Shown: positions 49,591 through 60,337 of the stretch, one piece after another
How the letters are laid out: every line of letters starts with the position of its first letter
How positions within the stretch are numbered: the stretch's first letter is position 1
Made by a program: the position numbers and the translations under genes
DNA from: Vicinamibacteria bacterium
GTDB taxonomy: Bacteria > Acidobacteriota > Vicinamibacteria > Marinacidobacterales > Marinacidobacteraceae
Reading direction: 5' to 3'
NCBI GenBank assembly: GCA_963668695.2
Contig: CAXXLQ010000004.1
Coordinates: 2,048,001 to 2,112,000, forward strand
Length of the DNA: 64,000 nucleotides
The notes under the pieces: generated by a model
Database searches by the model: none
What the model was told of the DNA's origin: nothing
The model's input: the letters and a program-made list of their open reading frames with translations, nothing else

Positions 49591-50244
49591 TTCGCGTGGG
49601 CATCGCCGTCGAGGGCCCTACGGAAGAAGATTTCGTCAAGAAGGTTCTTGCGAACCATCTCGCATCCTTTGGTGTGTGGCCGCATCCGACTCTTCCCGGC
49701 CGCCGCGGCGGGAACATTTCCGTCCAGCGCCTTGCATCCGGCATGCGTGAACTCCTGCGCGGCTTCGACGCCGTGACTTCGCTGGTTGACTACTACGGCT
49801 TCAAGAAAAAGGAGAACAAGACGCCGGACGAGCTGCAATCCATGATCCTTTGCCAGTTGAATTGACCAGTTGAACCGGACGGTCACCCGGCCGGTATCAA
49901 CGGGCCGTGTCTTCCCCTATGTGCAGCGCCACGAGTTCGAGGCGCTGCTCTTTTCCGACGTGGAGCGTTTCCGTTGCATACCGCGCGTTTCCGAGACATG
50001 TCTGGAGGGGCTCGTCGAAGTGCGCGGACAGTTTGCTACCCCCGAGGATATTGACGACGGGTCCGAGACAGCCCCGAGCAAGCGGCTCTTTCAGTGGATC
50101 CCCGGCTACGACAAGCGGGTCCACGGGCCTTTGGTGGCGGAGGAGATCGGCATGGGCCGCATCCGCTCCGAGTGCCCTCGATTTGGGGCCTGGCTGAAGA
50201 GACTCGAATCCTTGCCCGCCGTGCTGCGCCCCGAGACTTCCTGA
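49587..50244 (+). pseudogene. DUF4276-family (TOPRIM-like) protein frameshifted by a 13-bp insertion
   Basis: VEGPTEEDFV, VDYYG, HEFEALLFSD, TAPSKRL, CPRFGAWL split over two frames at ccagttgaa-ttga-ccagttgaa (49853-49874). Confidence 0.85.
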
Positions 50245-50454
50245 AACGCGGACGCCGGGGGACCGACAAACCCGGGGGTGCCAGTCTGAAGACTGGCGTT
50301 CCCGGGCTGCGCGTCCTCCGCACGGATTATCTGTACGCGGTTTCGCGGCCCTCTCGGGCTGTGCCGGTCGGAGACTGGCGCTCCGCTGTCGCGCGGCATC
50401 GCGTTGGTTGGGGGTACGGGCGCGCTTCTTCCGGGTTCCACCTAAGATGAGGGG

Positions 50455-51942
50455 GTGGAGAAGAAGGTCGTTCTCGGGGTTACCGGGTGCATCGGGGCCT
50501 ACAAGGCTCCGGACCTGGTGCGCGCCCTCAAAAAGCGCGGGCTCCGGGTTCAGGTCATCCTGACCCGCGCCGCCCGCGAGTTCGTCTCCCCGCTCGCGCT
50601 CGCCACCGTCTCCGGCGAACCCGTCCTCGAACACCTCTTTGCCGACCCGGGCCCCGGCACGGGCCCCGACTCCCCCCCCGACTCCCCCCCCGGACAAACC
50701 CAAGGAGCCGGACCCGACCCCACCGGCGGCATCCGCCACATCTCGCTCACCGAGGAGACCGACGTCTTCGTGGTGGCCCCCGCCACCGCCCACGTCATCG
50801 CCCGGATGGCGCTCGGCCTCGCCGACGACTTCCTCACCACCTTCCACCTCGCGGTCCGGGCCCCGACCCTCATCGCGCCCGCGATGAACACCAACATGCT
50901 GGACCACCCGGCGACCCAGGGCCACCTCAATACCCTCCGCGAACGGGGTGCGACCATCATCGCGCCCGGGGAAGGGGAGCTGGCCTGCGGCTGGCTCGGC
51001 CCCGGACGGCTCGCCGAGATCCCCGACATCGTCGCGGCGGTCGAGCGCGCCCTCGGCGCCCCCGACACCGCCACACCACCCCCGACCCCGCCCCCGACAC
51101 CGCCAACACCGCCCCCGACACCGCCAACACCACCCCGGACACCCCCCCCGACGGCACCGCCAACACCACCCCCCCCGCCGACCCCCGCCAACACCGCCCC
51201 CGCCAACACCGCCCCCCCGGCCACCGCCCACAAAAACCTGACCGCCAGAAACATCGTGATCGCCGCCGGCCCCACCCGCGAGCCGCTCGACCCGGTGCGC
51301 TACCTGACGAACCGCTCCTCCGGCCGGATGGGCGCGGAGCTCGCGGCGGCCGCCGCGGCCCGGGGCGCCAAAGTCACCCTCATCCTCGGCCCCACGGATC
51401 TCGAGCCCAGAAACGGTGCCCACATCGTCCGGGTCGAAACCGCCGTCGAGATGCGGGATGCCGCTTTCGCCGCCGCCGCCACCGCCGACGCGGTGATCAT
51501 GGCGGCCGCCGTCGCCGACTTCCGCCCCGCATTCCACTCGGACACCAAGATCAAGTCCGCCGGCCTCCGCAACCGCGCTGCCGCCGGCTCCATCCCCCTC
51601 GTCCGGAACCCCGACATCCTCGCCGAGCTCGGCGCGGCCCGCGCCGATAACCCCGCCGCCGGCCCCGCGGTGCTCGTCGGGTTCGCCGCCGAGACCGGCG
51701 ACCCCGTAGCCGAGGCGCGAAGAAAACTGCGCACCAAGCAGTGCGATCTGGTCGTCGGAAACCAGGTGGGGCGGGGCCGGGTCTTCGGCCTCGACCAAAC
51801 CCAGGCGGTGCTCGTCGAGCGCCCGGTTGGCGCTTCTGCCGGAGACTCTCCGCGGGTCAGCCGCCGGAAACCCGAATCGAAGCGCTCGCTCGCGGAGGCC
51901 GTCTGCGACGTTGTCGCCCGCCGCCTCGCATCCGGCGCGTGA
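50455..51942 (+). CDS. coaBC: Bifunctional phosphopantothenoylcysteine decarboxylase/ligase with Pro/Thr-rich inserts
   Basis: GVTGCIGAYK, APAMNTNM, LACGWLGPGR, DPVRYLTNRSSGRMG, VGFAAET. Confidence 0.95.
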   Translation: MEKKVVLGVTGCIGAYKAPDLVRALKKRGLRVQVILTRAAREFVSPLALATVSGEPVLEHLFADPGPGTGPDSPPDSPPGQTQGAGPDPTGGIRHISLTEETDVFVVAPATAHVIARMALGLADDFLTTFHLAVRAPTLIAPAMNTNMLDHPATQGHLNTLRERGATIIAPGEGELACGWLGPGRLAEIPDIVAAVERALGAPDTATPPPTPPPTPPTPPPTPPTPPRTPPPTAPPTPPPPPTPANTAPANTAPPATAHKNLTARNIVIAAGPTREPLDPVRYLTNRSSGRMGAELAAAAAARGAKVTLILGPTDLEPRNGAHIVRVETAVEMRDAAFAAAATADAVIMAAAVADFRPAFHSDTKIKSAGLRNRAAAGSIPLVRNPDILAELGAARADNPAAGPAVLVGFAAETGDPVAEARRKLRTKQCDLVVGNQVGRGRVFGLDQTQAVLVERPVGASAGDSPRVSRRKPESKRSLAEAVCDVVARRLASGA

Positions 51943-52020
51943 CAGCCGCGGGGAACGGAACCTGCGCCCCAACTGAACCCCCAACTGAACCCCCCCCCTC
52001 CTGAACCCTCCTGAACGCTC

Positions 52021-52743
52021 ATGCCGGGACCAGACAGAACCGCACCAGCAGGCGACCTCCGCGCCCAGCTCGCCGCCCGCCTGCGCCTGCTCCGGAGCTT
52101 CACCGACTTCCTTCCCACCGATTCGGGGTCGAAGCCGCAAGCCGCCGCGCCCCGCCCGCCCCCCGCCGAAACGCTCGACGCGATCTGGGCGGACCTCGAC
52201 GGCTGCACCCGCTGCCGCCTCTCGGAAAAGCGGCAGAGCATCGTGTTCGGCGTCGGCCGGCCGGACGCCGAGATCATGTTCATCGGCGAAGGCCCCGGCG
52301 GTGAAGAGGACCGCCAGGGCGAACCCTTCGTGGGCCCCGCCGGCGAGCAGCTCAACGAGATGATCGAGAAGTGCTTCCGCCGCCGCCGGTCCGACGTCTA
52401 CATCGCGAACATCGTGAAGTGCCGCCCCCCCGACAACCGGAACCCGTACGCCGACGAGGTCGCGACCTGCCTCCCGTTCCTGGAGCGGCAGATCGCCTCG
52501 ATCCGCCCCCGCGTCATCTGCCTGCTCGGGAGCGTCGCGGTGAAGGCGCTCTTCCCCGGTGTCAAGGGCATCACGGCGGCCCGCGGCACGGTGTACGAGT
52601 TCGCCGGGATCCCGGTGGTGCCGACCTTCCACCCCGCCTACCTGCTCCGCGCCGAGGGGGAGCGGCTTCAGGAACTGAAGCGCCAGGTCCTCGACGACTC
52701 CCGCATCGCCCTTGAGATCCTGGAGCGGTCGGCGGGGACCTAG
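52021..52743 (+). CDS. Uracil-DNA glycosylase family 4
   Basis: CTRCRL, IGEGPG, PFVGPAG, KCRPP, TFHPAYLL. Confidence 0.93.
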   Translation: MPGPDRTAPAGDLRAQLAARLRLLRSFTDFLPTDSGSKPQAAAPRPPPAETLDAIWADLDGCTRCRLSEKRQSIVFGVGRPDAEIMFIGEGPGGEEDRQGEPFVGPAGEQLNEMIEKCFRRRRSDVYIANIVKCRPPDNRNPYADEVATCLPFLERQIASIRPRVICLLGSVAVKALFPGVKGITAARGTVYEFAGIPVVPTFHPAYLLRAEGERLQELKRQVLDDSRIALEILERSAGT

Positions 52744-52877
52744 CGGCGCGTGGAGCGGACGTTGGTGTTTTTGTATCTGTGTGCCGTGAGGGTGAGTGGC
52801 GGAGGGAGTTTCGCCTGCTGCGCGGGCAGGCGATGCCGGTCTGAAGACCGGTGCTCCTACCGGCACTGCCATCTGAA

Positions 52878-55306
52878 TTGATCGGCGTCGAGGTCGCGGT
52901 TCCGCGCCCGCTGCCGGCCACCTTCACCTACGAGGCGCCGCCCTCCCTGCTGCGCCCCGGCGAGACCACGCTGCCTCCCGGCACCCGGGTGCGGGTCCCC
53001 TTCGGGCCCGGCGAGCTGACCGGCGTGGTGCTCGGCCCCGCCGACCCCCCCCAACCCAAACCCGGAAAAACAACGAAACCCGGAACAACAAACAAAACCA
53101 TAACCCTCAAACCCATCCGCTCGCGCTTCGACGACCCGCTCCCGCCCCTCCCCGAAGATCTCCTCGCGCTCGCCCGCCGCCTCGCCGACGCGACCGTCTG
53201 CCCGCTCGGCCTCGTCCTCCGGGCCATGCTCCCGGCGTCCCAGCCTCCCGGCAGAACCCTCCAGACGGCCCGGATCACCGGGGAGGGCTCCGCGCGCCTC
53301 GGCGAACCCGACGACCAACCCACCAGACATCTCCCCCGCCTGAGCCAGGACGACCGGCGCATCCTCACCCTGCTCGCCGTCTCCGCCGGCTCCGCCGTCT
53401 CCGCCCGCCCGGTGCCGCTGGTCCGGATCCGCCGCGAACTCGACCTCTCGCCCCGCCGGAGCTTCGTCCGCCTCGAGCGCGAAGGTTTCCTCGTCATCGC
53501 CGCCGAGCGCCTCCCCCCGGAGGTAGCAGATCCCGCCCCCCCCACCACCGACCCGACCATCCCCCCGCGGCTCACTGGCCCCCAGCGAGAAGCGGCCGAC
53601 GCCCTCCGAAAGGCCCTCGCCGCCCGCACCTTCGCCGCCTTCCTGCTCGACGGGGTCACCGGCAGCGGCAAGACCGAGGTCTATTTCCAGGCGATCGCCG
53701 CCTGCCTCGAGACCGGCCGGAGCGCCCTCCTGCTCGTCCCCGAGATCGCGCTCGCCTCCCAGCACGAAGCGCTCCTCCGCGCCCGCTTCGGCCCCCAAAC
53801 CCGCGAAGCCCCCAATCCGACCCCCAACCCGACCACCCCCAGCCCCGACCGCACCACTGCCCCGACCCCGCCAGCCCCGACCAAACCGCCCCCGCCTCCC
53901 CCACCGCCCCCGCCATCGCCGTCTTCCACAGCGGACTCGGCGCCGCCGAGCGCCGCGCCGCCTTCTGGCGGATCCGCCGGGGCGAGGCGCGGATCGTGCT
54001 CGGGGCGCGCTCCGCCGTCCTCGCCCCCATCGACAACCTCGGGCTCGTGATCCTCGACGAGGAACACGACGCCGCCTATAAACAGGATGAGGCGCCGCGC
54101 TACCACGCCCGCCAGGCCGCCTGGCTCCGGGCCTCGGCCGCCGGCGCGACCATGATCCTCGGCTCGGCCACCCCCTCGCTCGAAGTGGCCCACGCGGCGG
54201 ACAACGGAAGCCTCACCCGGCTCCGGCTCCCCGCCCGCATCGCCGGCCGGGAGCTCCCCGAAGTCCAAATCGTGGACATGCGCCCCCTCCTCCGCGAGCA
54301 CTACCAAGACCCCGCCCGCCGCGGGCCGCTGATCCTCTCCCCCGACCTCGAAGCCGCGCTCAAGCAAACCGTCGCCGCCGGCCGGCAGGCGCTCGTCCTC
54401 CTGAACCGGCGCGGCTACGGAGGGCGGCTGGCATGCCTGCGCTGCGGCGAGATCGTCGAATGCCGCCGCTGCGGCGTCGCGTTCACCCTCCACCGCCGCG
54501 GGAGCCTCGCCGTCTGCCACGCCTGCGGGGTGGGGATGGCGCCTCCCGAGGACTGCCCGGGATGCGGCGGCAACCTCCTCCGCTCCGAGGGCTTCGGCAC
54601 CGAGCGGGTCGAAGAGGAAGTCGTCCGCCTCCTCCCCGAGACCCGGATCGAGCGCTTCGACCGGGACACCACCCGCGCCCGCGGCAGCCACGCCCGGACG
54701 CTCGACGCCTTCCGCCGGGGCGAGATCCGGGTGCTGGTGGGGACCCAGATGATCGCCAAGGGCCACGACTTTCCCGCTGTCACGCTGGTCGGGGTGGTGG
54801 CCGCCGACGGAGGGCTCGGCGTGCCCGATTTCCGCGCCGCCGAGCGCACCTTCCAGCTCCTCACCCAGGTGGCGGGGCGCGCGGGCCGCGGGGAGAGCCC
54901 CGGCCGCGTCCTGATCCAGACGATGAAGCCCGACCACTACGCGGTCGCCGCCGCCGCCCGCCAGGACTACCCGGCGTTTTTCGCCGTCGAGCTGGAGATG
55001 CGGCGCCGCTTCCGCTACCCCCCGTTCGTGCGCCTCACGAGCCTCACGGTGACCGCGCGCACCTCCCGCGGCGCCGAGGCCGCGGCCACCGAAATCGCCG
55101 AAAACATCGCCACTTCGGACGCTCCTGCGTCGATCGAAATCGTCGGTCCGGCGCCCGCTCCGGGGCCCCGTCCGGAGAAATTTTCCCGCTGGCAGCTACT
55201 CGTCAAGGCGTCCCCCGCGGAACACCCCGCGCTTCGCCGGCGTCTTCGCCGCCTTTTGGAGGCACCGGCGCTCGCCCGCGGACTTACCGTCACCGACTAC
55301 CCCTAG
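52878..55306 (+). CDS. priA: Primosomal protein N' (frame change within about 53790-53915)
   Basis: Frame 1: GVTGSGKTEVY, LVPEIAL. Frame 2: FHSGL, GARSA, DEEHD, SATPS, four CxxC pairs, GTQMIAKGHDFP, QVAGRAGR. Confidence 0.9.
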
Positions 55307-55512
55307 GAAATGCGGCCCTACCCCCTACCCTGGCGGTAAGAAACCACGAACCCTCCCGATAGTCACACCCTTGGAAATGGCGTTGCGCGCTGGCCGTACC
55401 GGCGAGATTACAAATGTAATTTACAGCGCGCATCCGTTGCCCTGCCGACACCCTTTCGTGCCCGGGATCGCATGCGACAGCCATGCTGCGTTTCGCATAC
55501 CATGCCGCCGCC

Positions 55513-55782
55513 ATGGTGAAGGCAGATCTCATCAACCGGGTGATGGCGGCTACGGACTTGTCCGCGCAGGACGCCCGCGACGCCGTAGAGGCGCTTTTCG
55601 AGGAACTCCGGGTGGGTCTCGAACGCGGTCATCGGGTAGTGCTGCGGAGGTTCGGCGTGTTCCACGCCGCTCCGCGCAAGACGGGGGTGGCGCGCAATCC
55701 GCGCACTGGGGAACCGGTAGGGATCCCACGGGGGCGGGTGGTGCGCTTCCGTCCCGGCCAGAACCTCCGCGGCATCAAGTAG
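55513..55782 (+). CDS. HU/IHF-family DNA-binding protein
   Basis: MVKADLI...FGVF...RNPRTGE...VRFRPG. Confidence 0.92.
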   Translation: MVKADLINRVMAATDLSAQDARDAVEALFEELRVGLERGHRVVLRRFGVFHAAPRKTGVARNPRTGEPVGIPRGRVVRFRPGQNLRGIK

Positions 55783-55812
55783 GCCCCTTCCGGGCTAGGC
55801 GCACGAGCGCTA

Positions 55813-56048
55813 GCAGCCTGTGGTGGAACCCGGGTGAGCGCCGAGAGCGGCGAGTCCTCCCGGTGGGGGCGAGGCGCCCGGCTGACAAGGCGCGTGAGGG
55901 AGGAGCCCCCACCGGGAGAACTGGCCCGAGTGTATTTCGACCGAAACGCAACGCCGAGCGCCGCAAAGCGCCAGTTCTCCCGGTGGGGGGGCGGTTCAGG
56001 CGGGATGGATCGCCGCTCGAACGCCGCCTGGGTTTCGCCACCGGCTGC
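55813..56048. mobile_element. Family A MITE, 236 bp
   Basis: TA-gcagcctgtgg...ccaccggctgc; right flank is TG. Confidence 0.8.
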
Positions 56049-56050
56049 TG

Positions 56051-56490
56051 GGAGCGCCGGCCAGTTCTCCCGGTGGGGCCCTTCAGACCGGCATCGCTCC
56101 TCGCAGGGGAGCGAAACTCCCCTTGCCCGACTCCCTCAAGTCGCGTCCAACTCCGGGGATGGTTCCGCGCCGAAACTCCCGTCGCCACTCCCCGCATGGC
56201 GCCGCACAAAATAAACTCCCATCGCCACTCCCCGCATCGCGCCGCAGGACCAGGAGCGCCGCCAGTCCTCCCGGTGGGGGCCTTCAGACCGGCACCGCTC
56301 CCCGCAGGCTGGGAGCGCTGGGCAGTTCTCCCGGTGGGGCCCTTCAGACCGGCATCGCTCCTCGCAGGGGAGCGAAACTCCCGTTGCCCGACTCCCTCAA
56401 GTCGCGTCCAACTCCGGGGATGGTTCCGCGCCGAAACTCCCGTCGCCACTCCCCGCATGGCGCCGCACAAAATGAATTTCCGTCGCCCCT
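56051..56490 (+). repeat. Family B repeat cluster with a local duplication
   Basis: About 56051-56225 is repeated at about 56312-56486; also similar to 7527-7690. Confidence 0.75.
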
Positions 56491-56500
56491 CGCGTTGCCC

Positions 56501-57877
56501 ATGAAGACAGTCGCACTCTTCGGGCGGCCGAACGTCGGGAAGTCCACCCTCTTCAACCGCATCGTCGGCGGCCGCCCCGCCATCGTCCACGCCCGGCCCG
56601 GTTCCACCCGCGACGGCCGGCTGGAGCCGTTCGAATGGCGCGGCGTCACCTTCCGCCTCCACGACACCGGCGGGGCGGGGGCGCCGGACGCCTCGCCCTT
56701 TGCCCGCGAGATCCGGGCCCTCGCCGAGAGCACGGCGGCCCGGAGCGACGTCGTCGTCTTTCTGGTGGACGCCCGCGCCGGGATGACTGCCGCGGACGAG
56801 GAACTCGCCGGCGAGCTCCGCCGGCAACCGGGCGGCGCCCCGGTGGTGCTCGTCGCGAACAAGGCCGAGGGGGTCCACGAGGCGTCCGCGGTCGAGTTCC
56901 ACGCGCTCGGGCTCGGGGACCCGTTCCCGATTTCCGCCGAGCACGGGCTCGGGATCGCCGAGGTGCTCGATCGCTTGGTCGAGATCCTCGCCCCAACCTC
57001 CGAAGAATCCCGGGCGCCCGGGGACTCCCCTGCCGAGGACGCTGCCGAGGACGGTGAAGCCCTCCGGGTCGCGATCGTCGGCCGCGCGAACGTCGGCAAG
57101 TCCACCCTGCTGAACCGCTTCGCCGGCTACGAGCGCGCCCTGGTCTCCGCCATCGCCGGCACCACCCGCGATCCGGTGGACGAGCGGCTCGAGGTCGGCG
57201 GCCGCGACGTCGTGCTGGTGGACACCGCCGGCATCCGCCGGATCGCCCGGCGCCGGCCCGTGGTGGGATTCGAGGAAGCCGACGCCCTCGCCGTCGTGAT
57301 GTCGGAGAAGGCGATCCGCCGCGCCGACGTATCTCTATTAATTACTGATGCGGTGAATGGTCCCACCTCGCGGGACGCCCAGATCGCCCGCCTGATCGAG
57401 GACGCGGGCTGCGCGGTCGTGGTTCTCCTGAACCGGTGGGACCTCGTGACCTCGCGTGCGGCGCGCTGGGCGGAACTCCGTCTCGACGTGGGGGAGCGTG
57501 TCCGGCACATCGGCCACGCGCCGCTCCTCCGCATGTCGGCGATGACCGGGCAGGGGGTGGAGGCGATCTGGAAGCAGGTCTTCCGGGTCAGAGCCGAGGG
57601 AACGAAGCGCATTTCCACCCCGGAGGTGAACCGGTTCATGGCCCGCGCCTCGCAGCGCTTCGCCCCCCGCTCGCGCCGGGGCAAGGAGGTGAATCTGCTC
57701 TACGGGTTCCAGTCCGGCGTGGCGCCGCCCCGGTTCCGGATTTTCACGAACTGCCGCCGCGCGGACATCCTGCCCTCCTACCCGCGCTTCCTCATCGGCG
57801 AACTCCGCCGCCGCTACGGCTTCGCCGGCACCCCCGTCCGCCTCACCCTCGAGTACAAGAAAAACCTCTCCCGCTAG
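56501..57877 (+). CDS. der: Ribosome biogenesis GTPase Der (EngA)
   Basis: Two G domains (GRPNVGKS/DTGG and GRANVGKS/GTTRD/DTAG); C-terminal YGFAGTPV. Confidence 0.95.
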   Translation: MKTVALFGRPNVGKSTLFNRIVGGRPAIVHARPGSTRDGRLEPFEWRGVTFRLHDTGGAGAPDASPFAREIRALAESTAARSDVVVFLVDARAGMTAADEELAGELRRQPGGAPVVLVANKAEGVHEASAVEFHALGLGDPFPISAEHGLGIAEVLDRLVEILAPTSEESRAPGDSPAEDAAEDGEALRVAIVGRANVGKSTLLNRFAGYERALVSAIAGTTRDPVDERLEVGGRDVVLVDTAGIRRIARRRPVVGFEEADALAVVMSEKAIRRADVSLLITDAVNGPTSRDAQIARLIEDAGCAVVVLLNRWDLVTSRAARWAELRLDVGERVRHIGHAPLLRMSAMTGQGVEAIWKQVFRVRAEGTKRISTPEVNRFMARASQRFAPRSRRGKEVNLLYGFQSGVAPPRFRIFTNCRRADILPSYPRFLIGELRRRYGFAGTPVRLTLEYKKNLSR

Positions 57878-58223
57878 GCGCAGGAAACACCGCAGGGAAT
57901 AGGAGCGCCGGCCAGTTTTCCCGGTGGGGGCCTTCAGACCGGCATCGCGGTCCGCAGGCCGCGAAACTCCCATCGCCAGTCCCCGCATGGCGCAGCAGGC
58001 AACGGGAATGGCGCAACGTCACCCACGCTTGGAACGCCGACCTCTAGTCGGTTCCGCGGCCCGGAGCCCAGCGGAACCGACTACCGCCCTCTCGTGCAGT
58101 GTCCCACCGGCAAGGGGCTGTCGCGGGCCATCCGGGCTGTCACCGCCACCCCTACCTCCCACTGCCGTACAATTCCCCACGTCCTCCCCCCCTGTAATAA
58201 AAAGGAAGGAACGGGTTTCAACA

Positions 58224-58502
58224 TTGAACAAGGCGGATCTCGCGGCGGCCGTCCGAAGCTTCCACGGCGGCGTTACCGGCGCCGAAGCCCTGCGGATCGT
58301 GGACACCATCTTCCAACGCGCGGCGGACGGTCTGGCTGCCGGCAGAACCCTGAAGATCCGGCGGTTCGGATCGCTCGAGGTCCGCTCGCGCGGTCCCCGG
58401 CGGGGTCGTGATCTCCGCACCGGGCGCATCTTCTTCTCGTCGGCCCTCCGGAAGCCGTTCTTCCGCCCCTCCATCCACCTGCTCAGGAGTCTTCAGTCGT
58501 GA
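58224..58502 (+). CDS. IHF-alpha-like DNA-binding protein (divergent)
   Basis: LNKADL...LKIRRFGSL...GRDLRTG...FRPS; lies just before merR and tRNA-Pro. Confidence 0.75.
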   Translation: MNKADLAAAVRSFHGGVTGAEALRIVDTIFQRAADGLAAGRTLKIRRFGSLEVRSRGPRRGRDLRTGRIFFSSALRKPFFRPSIHLLRSLQS

Positions 58503-58918
58503 CGCCGGCCAGCGACGGCGGGCTCCAGATCCCGAACAAGCTCTATTTCCGGATCGGCGAGGTCAGCGAGATCACCGGGGTCCAGCCGTACACCCTCCGT
58601 CACTGGGAGATGGAGTTCCCGACGCTGAGCCCCAAGAAGAACGATTCCGGCCAGCGCCTCTACCGCAAGGAAGACATCGAGATGGTGCACACCATCCAGC
58701 GTCTCCTGCACAGCGAGGGGTACACCACCGCGGGCGCCCGCCGCCTGTTGAGCGCGAAGCGCGGACCGCGTCCGGTGGTCCCGCAGCCTCCCCCTCCGCC
58801 CCCGAAACCCGACCCGCCGCGGCTCTCGCCGTCCGCGCTCGGAGCGGTGACCGCGGCCCTCGGGTTGATGGACCGCAACGACGAGCGGCTCGCCCGTCTG
58901 GAGGCTCCGGAGGACTAG
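58499..58918 (+). CDS. MerR-family transcriptional regulator
   Basis: IPNKLYFRIGEVS, LRHWEMEFP, GQRLY, EGYTTAGA. Confidence 0.9.
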   Translation: MTPASDGGLQIPNKLYFRIGEVSEITGVQPYTLRHWEMEFPTLSPKKNDSGQRLYRKEDIEMVHTIQRLLHSEGYTTAGARRLLSAKRGPRPVVPQPPPPPPKPDPPRLSPSALGAVTAALGLMDRNDERLARLEAPED

Positions 58919-58934
58919 AATCCGAACGATCCGT

Positions 58935-59011
58935 CGGGACGTGGCGCAGTCTGGTAGCGCACTTGCTTGGGGTGCAAGTGGTCGTCGGTTCAAATCCGGC
59001 CGTCCCGACCA
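58935..59011 (+). tRNA. tRNA-Pro(GGG)
   Basis: cttgc-TTGGGGT-gcaag anticodon arm; GGTTCAAATCC; CCA encoded. Confidence 0.95.
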
Positions 59012-59085
59012 GAGCGATTCCCAGAAGGGGCCCCCACCCGGACTGGATTCGGCCCGTACCGGATTTGGATCGTTTGGTTCGGTGA

Positions 59086-59713
59086 ACAGCCGGTGGTGGA
59101 ACCCGGGTGAGCGCCGAGGTTGGCCAGTTCTCCCGGTGGGGGCGAGGCCCAGTTCTCCCGGTGGGGCCAGTCCTCCCGGTGGGGGCCCGGCTGACAAGGC
59201 GCGTGAGGGAGGAGCCCCCACCGGGAGAACTGGCCCGGGTGTATTCCGACCGAAGCGCAACGATGAGCGGCGCGAAGCGACGCGGTGAACAGCCGGTGGT
59301 GGAACCCACGTGAGCGCCGAGGCCGGCGAGGCGCCCGGCTGACAAGGCGCGTGAGGGAGGAGCCCCCACCGGGAGAACTGGCCCGGGTGTATTTCGACAG
59401 AAACGCAACGATGAGCGGCGCGAAGCGACGCGGTTCAGCCGGGATGGATCGCCGGCCGAGCCCCCACCGAACTGGGCCGCGTGGGTTTCATCACCGGTTG
59501 TTTGGCCGGGATGGATCGCCGGCCGAGCCCCCACCGGGAGAACTGGGCCGCGTGGGTTTCATCACCGGTTGTTTGGCCGGGATGGATCGCCGGCCGAGCC
59601 CCCACCGGGAGAACTGGGCCGCGTGGGTTTCATCACCGGTTGTTTGGCGGGATGGATCGCCGCTCGAGCCCCCACCGGGAGAACTGGGCCGCGTGGGTTT
59701 CACCACAGGCTGT
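59086..59713. mobile_element. Family A MITE compound array with tandem 71-bp units
   Basis: acagccggtgg...ccacaggctgt-TA. Confidence 0.8.
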
Positions 59714-59729
59714 TAAGTCGAGGCCCCTT

Positions 59730-59860
59730 TCGGGAATCGCCCCGGCGCTGCGCGCCGGGCATCGAAACTCCGACGCGCGCCAGAGGCGCACGTCGGCGAG
59801 TTCCGATTGGTTGTTGTCGATTTGTGAAAGAGGGAAATCCCCTCCTTTCACATTTCCCCC
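59730..59860 (-). repeat. Family C repeat, reverse orientation
   Basis: ggcgagttccgatt and tgtgaaag...ctttcaca hairpin. Confidence 0.7.
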
Positions 59861-60194
59861 GATCACGCCGGCGGCGCGCTCGGCCAGGCGCCGCCTGAAC
59901 GCCGATCTCTGGAAAGCTCTATGGGGGTGGATGGCTGCCCGCGGCCGCGGACAAGCACACAACCTCGGACTGACGGGGGCCGCCGGGCAGGGGGACGCCG
60001 GGCAGGGGGACGCCGGGCAGGGGGACGCCGGTATTCACGCCCCCACCGGGAGAGCTGGCCGACCCCGCGGCCCGCAGGGCCCCGAAACCCCCACCGATGC
60101 CGCCAGTCCGACCAGACAACCCGGATTCCCGCCCCGCCGGCGCTCCCGGTGGTGATGCCCGACAGCGCTCAGGACCGAATTGAAAGTCGGCTGT

Positions 60195-60337
60195 CCGGGA
60201 GGTCAGGACCGACCTGAAGGCGGAGATCGCCGTCCGGGCGGACTCTCTTGAGAAGCAGATCCGCCTGACCTGGGTCTTCCTGACGCTGCAAGGCGGTGAC
60301 GCTCACCGCCGTCCTCGTCCGACTCTTTGCCGGCTGA
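60195..60337 (+). pseudogene. Frameshifted remnant paralog of the 60571-61062 gene
   Basis: VRTDLKAEIAV...KQIRLTWVFL / TLTAVLVRLFAG* versus KEVRLIWGAL...TLTAVLVRLFGG*. Confidence 0.65.
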
